From: the human T2T-CHM13v2.0 reference genome, Homo sapiens
Length of the DNA: 64,000 bases
Assembly: GCF_009914755.1 (NCBI RefSeq)
Contig: NC_060947.1
Strand: one strand, 5' to 3'
The notes below the pieces were generated by a model. It searched no databases. It was given only the letters and a program-made list of their open reading frames with translations, and was not told where the DNA came from. Positions 14,298 to 27,557 of the stretch are shown here, one piece after another. The stretch's first letter is position 1. Every line of letters starts with the position of its first letter. A program made the translations under genes and the position numbers.

Positions 14298-14618
<321 letters not shown>

Positions 14619-15206
14619 TAATTGCAGCACATAGCATGAGATTATGCACAGTAATAATATATGAGACACTTGACAAGAAATAAATTACCTTACAATTTAC
14701 TATTTAGAATTTCTGGGTAATGATGTATTGGTGAAACTTTTGGTTAAAAACTTAACAAAAGATAATATTCAAATATAATCCTTTCTTACTCTGAAAATTG
14801 AAACTCTTGTTATACCTGAGGATCACATCTATCAACAGCAGTTCTCATTGGATAGGCTTGTAGATGTAGATAATTGAGCTAAATCTAAAATTACTGCAGG
14901 ATATGTTTTTTCTAAAAGAAGGTAGCTGTTTTTACTTAATTACTAATAGATCATTTCACAAATCACTTGATTCTTCATAGCTAAGAAAAATTGTGAAATG
15001 AGTCCAGTTAACTGAAAGATCTGAGTAGTCTGGTTTTACTAGTGTATTAGTAGACTACTAATGTCTCATTGACTCTGGCATCTATTCTGTGCATTGGTGC
15101 ATCACTTTTCATATTGTGCTTATTCAATGATGCAATTTTAAAGGGACTTTCTAAGTAATGGTATCAATGGCTATTGCTGGCAAGTTTAAAGTTCCAAATT
15201 TGAAAT

Positions 15207-15498
15207 AAATATTTATTTATTTTTTTGTTTAGAGACAGGACCTTGCTCTGTTGTCCAGGTTGTATCATGGGTCACAGCAGCCTCAAACTCCTCGGCTCAA
15301 GCCCTCCTCCCACTTGAGCCTCCCAAGTATCTGGGACTACAGGCATGTGCCAAATAAACGTGATTTTTTTGTTTATTTTTTGTGGAGATGAGGTTTTGCC
15401 ATGTTGCCCAAGCTGGTCTCCAACTCCTAGGCTCAAGACATCCTCCTGCCTTGGCCTCCAAAGTGCTGGGATTATAGGTATGAGCCACGGCACCTGGC
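15207..15498 (-). mobile_element. AluJ
   Basis: Diverged dimer with small deletions. TTTGAAAT on both flanks. Confidence 0.9.
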
Positions 15499-15832
15499 TT
15501 TGAAATTTCTTGATGATTGTTTATTTTATAGAATATAAGCTCTTTATTAAGAGAGTGTCTTTCATAGTTTGTAAAAGTGAATTTTGTATTTAGAGTATGG
15601 TTACCAACTACTAACTGAAAATTGAGAAGTGGTTCTTTTACTAAAGTTTTCAAGAATTAAAACCACTGCTTTTATAAGATTGATAAAATTACCTGCATGG
15701 GGTAAATCACACTTGCTCTTTAAGATTCTTGTCTCCCTCCCATACCCAGAGTCATGTTTTCAAATCTTCCACAAGTGGGTAAAGGTAGTAGGATGAAAAC
15801 AATACTCCTTCCATGTTATTATTATTGGTAAC

Positions 15833-16136
15833 TTTTTTTTTCTTTTGTTTTTTTTGTTTGTTTGTTTTTTCGAGATGGAGTCTTGCTGTGTCCATTAGGC
15901 TGTAGTGCAGTGGTGTGATCATGGCTCACTGTGGCCTTGACCTTCTGGGATCACACAATCCTCCCACCTCAGCATCCTGAGTAGCTGAGACTGTATGCAC
16001 GTGCCACCATGCCTGCCTAATTGTTTTGTAGAGTGTGGGTCTTGCTATTTTGCCCAGGCTGATCTTGAACTCCTGGGCTCAAGCATTCCTACTGACTTGG
16101 CCTCCCAAAGTGCTGGGGGTTACACTGTACCCAGCC
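15833..16136 (-). mobile_element. AluJ
   Basis: Diverged dimer with T/TTTG tail. Confidence 0.9.
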
Positions 16137-18109
16137 TATATTTAGTGACTTTTAAAGATGACTGAACTAAAGCGGTTCATATTCGTAACTCTTCTCATAT
16201 TGATCAGAAGCATTTTATATTGCCTCTAATTAGGATTGGATGAAATATCTCCTCAATTCCACTTTAAATGTAAGGAAATTAATAATGCTGTAATTGAGTA
16301 ACTCTTCAATATTTTAAGTTGTCATAACCTTTGAGCTTGCTGAGAATAACTGATCTGGTTTTTGTACATTGAGTATACTGCTTAGGGACTGTTAAATGCT
16401 TATTAGTGTTTTCATCTAGACTGAATTATGCAATTAGAGTTCTTTTTGGGGAGAGGGGTGTTGGGAGAGGGGAGATTTTCATTTTAAGATTAAAAAAGTA
16501 AACCCATAGAAATTTCTTGGGAGTTCATGTTGGAATTTGATTTCTATTAGCAGCACAAGGAACTCCCAAGTGGAGGTTCAGGTTGCATTGGCAACATATA
16601 GATACGTCAATAAGGACTGTGTTCTGATATAGGTAATTAAATAGTTTGTCTTATGCAAAAGATGAGGCTAGTAATGATTTATGATTAACCTCTAGCCATA
16701 TTTCATTTCAACCTAATTTGTTAAAGGTAATGTTTAATATATGATTATACATGCAAATTTGATGTTTTACACTCTTTTCTATTCAGCAATTTATATTAAT
16801 ATACTTTGCATTTTTGTCATAATTTAATGATAATAGTTATATGCAATAAATACTAAATTATTCCATCTGCTAGAACTCTCATAAGTAATCCCAAACCTTT
16901 TAATTTTTGTTCTCTCACTTTTCTCTTTCATTAATTTAGAGAGAATAGTTGTGCTTGAACACCAGGTGTTATACATTAACCCAAGCATCCTTGTTCTCCA
17001 CTGACTGCTATTATAGGTTTCTTTCTCACCCAACCCTAGTCTTTTAGAAGTTAGTTAGCTTGGATGAATCTTTTCATGCCCTCAGAATAAGTAATTTTAA
17101 TTAATAGTTTAAGGTAGCACAAAATAAATTATTGGTAAACTAGGTCTTAAAATCTATAATAAGCCATGGAAATAGTTGTCAGAAATGATTAGAATCTCAG
17201 AAATTGTCTAGACAGCATAATATCCATAGGTTATATTTACATTTTCAATATCCTTACTCCATATCATTAGACGGAGATAATGCCAGAAGCATTTCTAGAC
17301 AACATGTTTTATTTTCTTATAAAACTCCTATGACGAGCTTATAAAAGAGGAGCAAAACTTACCCAGTAAACAGATCTAAAAGGTAACTAAATCTGGGTCA
17401 ATTTTTAATTTTATTGCCGAGCATGATTTTTTAAAAACTTGGCTCTGTTCTTGATTTGTACAGAGAAATGCTTTCAAAAATATTTCTTCTGTTTTGAAGG
17501 ATTCTACTAGTATTTATTTGCATGAGTGTATTTAAGCAACTATTTATTCATATGTGCAATGTGCCAGGTAGGATGCTACATGTTGGAAGTGTAAAGATGA
17601 ATGCAACACCTCCCTTACCCTCAGAGAGCTCAGTGTTTACTCAGGGAGAAAAGTACATAAATTATTTCCATAGCACTAGGATAGCTGTGAATAGGCTACT
17701 GTGGGAACTTAGCCCTGTGTAGGGGCTCAGGATGGAAGCAGAGAACACCACCTAAATACACTGTGAAACCCAGTGTTACTTCTGAATTATCCGTCTTTAT
17801 TTTTTGGCATAAATGTTCTCAAAATTTGAACAGTTTAGTTCATCAAAGTCCCATGCCTTCCATATGCCCAATACTGTTTTAAGGTCTGAGAAGAGAGCAG
17901 TGAACAACTTAAAGAAAATCCCTGCCATCAAGGAGCTTATGTTCTGGCAAGGGTGATATACTGGAACATAAGGTGGAGTTATAAAAGAAAAGGAAAAGAC
18001 AAATATCTGTGTCATGGTGAAGTTTATTTGACAACTCTCTACTGAATGCCAGATACTTTGTTAGGTACAGCAGACATAAAGATGTCAAAGGTACTATCCC
18101 TGCCACAAG

Positions 18110-18383
18110 GTTTTTATTTTGTATATCCTGCTGACTAAGAATGGTTTTATATTTTTAAATTGTTACCCAAAAAAAGACTGTTTCAGGGCACATGAAAGTT
18201 ATATGAATTTCAGTGTCCACAAATAAAGTTTTGCTGAATGTATCCACGCCCATTTGTTTATGTATTGTCTATAGCTCCTTTGTGCTACAGTAGAGTTGAG
18301 TAGTTGAGACAAAGATTATATAGTTTGCAAAACCTAAAATATTTACTGTCTGGCAATTTACAGAAAAAGTTTGCCAACCTCTG
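18110..18383 (+). mobile_element. MER58B-like hAT DNA transposon (5' end missing)
   Basis: ctaagaatggtttt...aataaagtttt...cctaaaatatttact...tttacagaaaaagtttgccaacctctg matches the recalled MER58 body and terminal repeat. Confidence 0.85.
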
Positions 18384-18428
18384 GACTAGTCCAAGAGTCT
18401 CTAAACCTTTTATTTCCTACCCCATCAG

Positions 18429-18430
18429 AA

Positions 18431-18464
<34 letters not shown>

Positions 18465-18467
18465 TAT
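18429..18467. repeat. (A)n(TA)n microsatellite
   Basis: About 20 A followed by about 10 TA units. Confidence 0.95.
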
Positions 18468-18699
18468 GTTTGAGTAAGTAGCCCTAATATATTTTAAACA
18501 TTATATACATGCATGTATGTACTAATATTAATATGTACATTACAAAATATACACAGTAAAAATGAGAAAAACATGAACAAGATTTTAAAATGATTTAAAA
18601 TTAGTTTATTTCTTAATCATACAGAAGTCTTTGCTGTCATGATTAATAACTTTTTAGTGAGAACAGTGTCACTATGTCATTTTTTTATGTCTTGCTTAA

Positions 18700-19000
18700 A
18701 AATAGGCGGTAATTAGAAAGTTTAGCTCCAAGTTCATTTTATTTTGATATTTGGTTTAATTTCTCTCATAATTGAAACATAAATCTGACAAAGATTTGTA
18801 GGTCCAAATCGAACAAATGCACCATTAGCAACTTACTAAATTGTAGTATTAACTTTTATCAGACCAATCCATGAATCAAGCAAAGATTTCCTGCTGAACC
18901 ATGACTAGTAAATTCCTGTCTTACTTGATGACAGCCAGTTATTCTTGCAACTAATCTGGGGTGTTGCATTTTTATATTTCTAAATAAATGGGTTTAAATT
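18700..19000 (-). mobile_element. Degenerate hAT-Charlie transposase C-terminal remnant
   Basis: The minus strand reads LQE*LAVIK*DRNLL...VANGAFVRFGPTNLCQIYVSIMREI(K, frameshift)TKYQNKMNLE, resembling the hAT dimerisation motif F.TTYLCE.GFS....IKTKYRNRL..E. Confidence 0.6.
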
Positions 19001-19351
19001 GGACTTTAATAAATGGGTCTTCAACAAGTGCCATTGGGAAGATGGGCTCTTTCCATTTTTTCTTCTACATTATTAATGTGTAGACCCTCATCCTCATGTT
19101 TGTGTACTCATGCCTGTTCCAGACAGTACATCTAACACCAGGAAGAAAGAGGAAGTAATTCAAGCAAGGGTGAAGGGGACTGACTTGGAAGTTGAGTCTG
19201 TTGGGACTGACTTGGAAGCTGGGTCTGTCTGTGTGGCTTTTCCAGTAAAGTAGGTTTGAAAAGGAGTTACTTTCTTACTAATTGTTAAAACGTCAAGGAA
19301 TTTCTTCACTTTTTGTAAATGAAAAATGCCTAACTCATGCTATATTTCAAG

Positions 19352-19625
19352 TTTTTTTTTTTTTTTTTTTTTTTTGAGATGGAAACTCACTCTGTCACCC
19401 AGGCTGGAGTGCAGCTGCGCGATCTCTGCTCACTGCACCCTTTGCCTCCTGGGTTCAAGCGATTCTCTTGCCTCAGCCTCCTACGCCTGGCTAATGTTTG
19501 TATTTTTAGTAGAGATGGGGTTTTGCCATGTCGGCCAGGCTGGTCTCGAACTCCTGACCTCAGGTGATCCGCCCGCCTTGGCCTCCCAAAGTGCTGGGAT
19601 TACAGGCATGACACTGTGCCTGGCT
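19352..19625 (-). mobile_element. AluS with ~30-bp internal deletion
   Basis: Dimer lacking the gagtagctgggattacagg segment near 19481. Confidence 0.92.
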
Positions 19626-20594
19626 AATTTCGACAGTTTTAAAATACTTTATCTTGAAATAACCAGAAATATCTCTGGTTTTCATGTTAACTTCCTATTT
19701 CATTTCAAAATATTGTAAATATTTTATTGTATTTGAAATATCTTGCTTTTATTTAAAGAAGAACAATCTTCTTGACTCTGTAGTATTCTGTATACTTCAG
19801 TTTCAACTTCTTGCAATGGCCTTGAATTTTACGTGTAGGTTTACCTGACTCAGGAATCCTTCCCTCATAGTTTTTCCACAAAACCTCTTTTTATTAAATA
19901 AATCATTTATTTTGGTTATGTGTTTTCTCTGTTAAATTGTTCTAACGGTGACACAAAGAAAAGTAGTTTATATATGTCATTATGGAAACAATCTAGCAAA
20001 TACTATAAGGTGAGGTGTTTTTAAAAAGGTTATATTTTTATCCAACTGTATAGTAAACCTCCTACACTAATTGCTTAAATACTTGCTTTAGCAAATTTTC
20101 AGTAATGATCTATACGTGTCTTCTGATACGTCAGTATTTGCTGACAAAGAAATGTACTTCAGCTTCCTGCCATGTTGTTTTGCATGGATTGTTTCAGCTG
20201 CTTTTACCAAGTGTTTCTCTAATGCCATGGTACCTTTTGTCAGTTGTTATTAAAGAAAATTCATGAGAAGCTTCTAAACACATATCATTAAGTTTACAAA
20301 GTATCACTAAGGTACTGGATTTGAGTATAACATTCTAATTATTGCGGAGAAAAATGACGAATGACTGAGAATTGAAGAATGAATGAATGAGAATACAAAT
20401 GAATGAATAGGCAGCTGGTTCAACTTTTGACCTTCTCATTTGATCCTATTCTTATGGCTTCTCAGTAATAGCTTTAAGAATATAATGTTTGCTGAAGTGA
20501 AGGAATTTGTCTATAATAGGAAATTGTATCATGGCATATGAGAAGCATAAAAAAATGGTTTAGTATTTACAAATGTGGCTTTAAAAACATTATA

Positions 20595-20916
<322 letters not shown>

Positions 20917-20918
20917 AA

Positions 20919-21252
<334 letters not shown>

Positions 21253-21669
21253 GACTTCAGTGTTTTTTAAAATCACAAAATACTACATTTTTTCTCATGT
21301 ATTATAGATATATCAAATGTTAAACATGCTAAAAGCTTGCTTTTGTTTTGAATACCATAAGAAATCAGTATGTTTAGAAATAGTTTCATATTCAATTACG
21401 CTGTTTAGAGTTAATATTGAATTATGAATATTGCTCTATTTAGCTTTATTATTGTATTATGGATCTGGAGTTAATGATTTGGAAGTGTTAGCTGCCTAAT
21501 TAGTAGAATGTATCTTATTTCTATAGAATAAAATGAGTCATTATGGTCTTTTCACATGAATGATACTCATTTCCAATCAACCTATGCAGCAAATTTATAA
21601 GTATAAAAAACTGTTGCTGATTCTAAAGCAAGTTAATATATTTAAAGAAAAGGTCTTAAATATCACATT

Positions 21670-22140
21670 GGTTCAACAAATATTTATTAAATGTTTACTG
21701 CATTCCAGGAATTATGCTCTTTGCTAGGAGTACAAAGATAAGTAAGTTCCTATTTTCAGCTTCGAGTTTAGAAGAGATAGATTTATCACATAATTTCAAT
21801 GTAAGTGACACATAAGGAATTAATATGGAAGACTAGGATAAGGGTAATTATTTTCAAATCAGGTGCTTTAGGAGAAGTCTTCCTGAAAAATTAGTGGTTG
21901 AGCACAGTCTTGAAGTATAATAGCCAGATGTGAATTTGGAGGGGGCAAGGATGGGCATTAACAGATGGAGAGGATGGTAAAGATGACCACATTTCAGGCA
22001 GGGAGAACAGCGCATCATGAGCAAAATAATGAGTGTGTAACAACACAGTTTATGTAGCAAAACTACAAACAACCTAACATTATTAAAACATAAGGGGTAA
22101 GATGAAAAGCGGTTAAAAGGCTGAGGTTGGGAGGTGATAA
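21670..22140 (-). mobile_element. L2 fragment
   Basis: ttcaacaaatatttattaaatgtttact...ccagg, the L2 tail reverse complement. Approximate. Confidence 0.65.
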
Positions 22141-23878
22141 CGCTAATAGCTAGCATTCTTTGAAAGCTAGTTAATATACACCAGGCTTGTCATGCATGAT
22201 CACACCCAGTCTTGACAACATTCCTCTGAGGTGTATAATCTTACATTGCTCTTATTGTCCTGCCTGCCTCCCTACAAAATAATTCTGTGATGGCGTGATA
22301 TCAGCAGTGTGTGCCATTAAAAACTGAATGGGTACACGGTAATGTAGAAATGTCACTGGAAGCAGAGAAACTCTCTACCTAGAGACTGCCAAAGGTGACG
22401 CCACCACACTCTTAGGCCAGGCTGTGAAGTATACAAATACAGACACTTAATCTTGTCACTGTTCCAGAGTTGATTCTACTTGGAGGTTGCGGATTGATGA
22501 TAACCACATTTACAGGAGACTGAAATTTAACCAGAATTTTTTTAGGCAATAGAGACATAGCCCAGCATATGTGAGCAGAACATAGGGATTTTGATGAAAA
22601 CAAAAACAATATGAGTCAGCAGAATGATGTACTTGGCCAGTAAGATAATAAAATCAAGAGGGTGAATTAACAGAGGTGTAAGTATTTCAAGGTGAGGGAG
22701 GTGGACATTCTTTCCTACCTTGCATTTGTTAAACCACAGAGTATTTGAGAGAGAGAGAGATGTGGACACCAACCCATGTTACATGAAGATAAGTTGAGTA
22801 CTTTAGCCTGAAAGAAGGAATGTGGTCTTCAAATAACATTTATGTGGCTCTTGAATTAATTTCCTTCTGTCCAATCTGAGTTTTCTTCTTAGTTCGACTC
22901 TTATCTCTAGTCACTTAAATTACTTCAGCCCAAATTATTGAACATAAGAAAAATCCACTCTGGCAGGTTTAAATAGAATATAATTTTAGAGGATATTACG
23001 TAGTCTTGAATTAACAGAGTTGCAGAAACAGGCTCTAGATAACATTATAGGACTAACTTCCAGAACCACACAACTGAAATACAGTTCCAATTAAGGAGCT
23101 CTTATCCCAGAACTATTTGATCAAAATGTCTTAATGAAAAAGACACAGTTAATGCCATCAGTTCTGTAACAACATCACCTCTGTTGCCACCTACATCAGC
23201 AAAATGAATGGCCTATTCGTGGCCTGCTTCCTCACATAGTTCACTTCTAAATCTACACCTCCTATGCATGCATTTTATTGGTGGAGACTAAGCCACATGC
23301 CTGCACTCTAGTTAAAAGGGAGACTGACAAATGTAGTTTTTATGGATTCTACCTTTGTCAGGTGGGACTGACAATGTGAGGATGTATTAAATTGTAGAGG
23401 GTATGTTCAAGTGATGTTGAGCAGCAAAAAATGACACATGACCGCTAGAGTTTCCTGACCGGTCTCCTTCCTTCCAGTCAGATTTTTTTCATCCTTTGAG
23501 ACCCACAACCTGGTGAAGACTTCTCTGACCTTTCCATCTGCCCTGTGTTTCCAAAGAATCTGATACATGCCTCAGTTAGAATTATTTGTTACTACTGGAC
23601 CATAAATTATTTATTCAACAAACATATATAGCATTTACTAAGTATCAGGCATTGTTCTAAGTGCTTTATAAATAATATGTAATTTGAGTATAAAAACAGT
23701 CTACCAGATTAGACAGCCTAGCATAGTTTCTGGTGTGTAGTATGTGTTCAGTAAATAAGTGATTCAGAATTTTAAAAGAGAAGAAAAAAGGTCATGCCAC
23801 CCACCTTAACACACATTATTTTGTTGTACATATTTCATGTCCAATCATTGAAGGAAAAATTTGGCAAAAATTAAACTA

Positions 23879-24337
<459 letters not shown>

Positions 24338-24672
24338 TCAACAATGCCAGAGCCTATGAGAGAGAGATGAAAAAGATGTCTTCTGCCTTCTAGTAAGTCA
24401 TTAACAAGTAAAATATCCAAATGAGAAATAACATTAGATAGAAAAGTGGGGATAGGGACAGTGATCCAGATAATTAGGAAGAAAGGTCATGTATATATAC
24501 ACAAAATTTATAGGTATTGACTATGAATGAATCATCATAGGAGTTGCTGCAGTGGTTGCAAATATAGATTTTTGCTGTCAACAAAGTTATTATTCAATAG
24601 ATAGATGCAATTTGTCTACTTTTGAGGATTGTCTTCCACATTCTCACATATGCATCTTTAAAATAACTTTGA

Positions 24673-25036
<364 letters not shown>

Positions 25037-25139
25037 TCAGAATTTCTGTAAGAGTAAAGGGATAAAAATACTGATTTGTTTTCTTAAAAAATTTAGATAT
25101 GATTCACATACCATAAAATTCACCCTTTTACAATGTGCT

Positions 25140-25464
25140 CTTTTTTTTGCTTTTTCTTTCTTTCTTCCTTTTTTTTTTTTGGAGACAGGGTCTTGCTCAG
25201 ATTTCCAGGCTGGAGTGCAGTGACAGGAACACAGCTCACTGCAACCTCTACCTCCTGGTCTCAAGCGACCCTCCTGCCTCAGTCTCCCAAGTAGCTGGGA
25301 CTGCTGGTGCACACCACCATGTCCAGGTAATTTTTTAAAAGTTTTTATAGAAGCGAGGTCTTGCTATGTTGCCCAGGCTGGTCTCAAACTCCTGGGCCCA
25401 AGTGATCCTCCTTCTTGGGCCTCCCAAAGTGCTAGGACTTTGGCGTGAGCCACTGTGCGTGGCC
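25140..25464 (-). mobile_element. AluJ nested in L1
   Basis: Diverged dimer with J-type features. Confidence 0.9.
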
Positions 25465-26144
25465 AAATTCATAATTTTTTTTTTGTATATTCAAAGAGTG
25501 TGAAACTAGCACAACAACTTTGAGAACAGTTGTATCACCCCATAAAGAAACACCATACCCATAATCAGTCAGAATCCAAACTCCCTCCTCTTCTCCCCTG
25601 GCCCTGGCAACCTCTAATTTATTTTTTGTCCCTATAAATTTGCCTATTTGGGACATTTAATATGAATAGAATCATAGAATATATGGTCTTTTATAATGCT
25701 TCTTTCACTTAGCATAATGTGATTTCAAGATTCATCCAGGTTATAGCATGTATCAGTACTTCATTCCTTTTTAGAGCTGAATAATATTTCATTGTATGAT
25801 ATGCCACATTTTGTTTATCCATTCGTCAATTGATGGATGTTTGGATTGTTTCTACTCCTTGGCTATTATCAATAATGCTGCTATGAACATTCGTGTGCAA
25901 GTTTTTGTATGGACATATGTTTTCATTTTGCTTAGGTATGTAAGCTGGGTCATATGGTAGATAAATCTGTTTAACTTTTGGAGGAACTGCCAGACTGTTT
26001 TCCAAAGTGGTTGTATCATTTCTCTTTCCCACCAGCAATGTGTGAGGGTTCCAATTTTTTCAATTCGTTGCCAACATTTATTATTTTCCTCTTTTTTTCT
26101 AGTTATCCTAGTAGAAGTGAAGTAGTATCTCACTGTGGTTTTGA

Positions 26145-26515
<371 letters not shown>

Positions 26516-27452
26516 TGTATATCTTCTTTAGAAAAATGCCTATTCAAGTGTTTTGCTCATTTGTTACTGGACTCTTGTCTTTTTATTATTGAGTTGTAAA
26601 AGTTCTTTGTATATCTGGGTACACATCTATATCAGACATATGATTTGTAACCATTTTCACCTATTCTGTAGATTGACTTTTCATTTGGTGTTGCATTTTG
26701 AGGCACAGCCATTTCCAACTTGGTTTTGTGACCCTGTCAAGGGTGTCTTCATATGTCACAAGGATTACCATGAATTTCAAAATGAAGAAAAACAATTTGT
26801 CTAATCAAAGTGTTATAAGTGTATATATCACAAAATAAAGGTAGATTTCCAACTGAATTAAAGTTTATTGAACCTCAAAACAATGTGTTCTTGTAACTGA
26901 ATACTTTTCCTTCTAATGAGTGACATTTATTACCGCAATACCGCTGTTTCTGCTTTTTTTTCTTTTCCAAATCCAACAACTTCTTGTGAACTTTCTTCAG
27001 TGACATATTATAGATATATAGACCCTGACAATTTGCAAATTGTATTTGCTTTCCCAGGTAATAATGATCCTAAGGGAGCATATGCCAAACAGCATTTTGT
27101 GTGTGTATTTGCTATCAAGATAAATAAAGAGCTTTGTTAGCATAGATACCATGTATATCTATGTTATAAACTGCCAATTTATTCTGTGGAATAGTTTTAA
27201 AAATATTTTTTTCTTTCTGCTCAGTAGTTGGCTAGGTAGAGATGTGAACCGTGAATACATGGTAGAATTTACACAAAACTGTGGTATCTAGAGTGAAAAA
27301 TAATAGCGAAGTATCCCAAAAAAGGATTTTTGACATTAGTCACCACATGAATTAGTATTTTAAGACATAGAAATTATTAATGTTTACTAATCACTTTTGA
27401 AGCTCTTAAGTGGAAATTTATCAATGCCCACAGTAAATGTTATCTCTTACAG

Positions 27453-27557
27453 GAGGACATGAACCTTAACGAAGAGAAAAAAGCTCCTTTACGAAACAAA
27501 GACTTTACCACCAAACGTGAGATGGTTGTCCAGTATATTTCTGCCACTGCCAAATCT
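27453..27557 (+). CDS. DIAPH2: DIAPH2 coding exon 4 (105 nt), EDMNLNEEKKAPLRNKDFTTKREMVVQYISATAKS
   Basis: tctcttacag|GAG...TCT|gtaagt. In frame with exon 3. Carries the DRF GTPase-binding-domain motif DMNLNEEK..PLR.KD...KREMV.QY. Confidence 0.97.

Noticed and set aside
22900-23450. Possible old MLT1-type LTR
   Set aside because: The resemblance is too weak to assign family or boundaries by eye.
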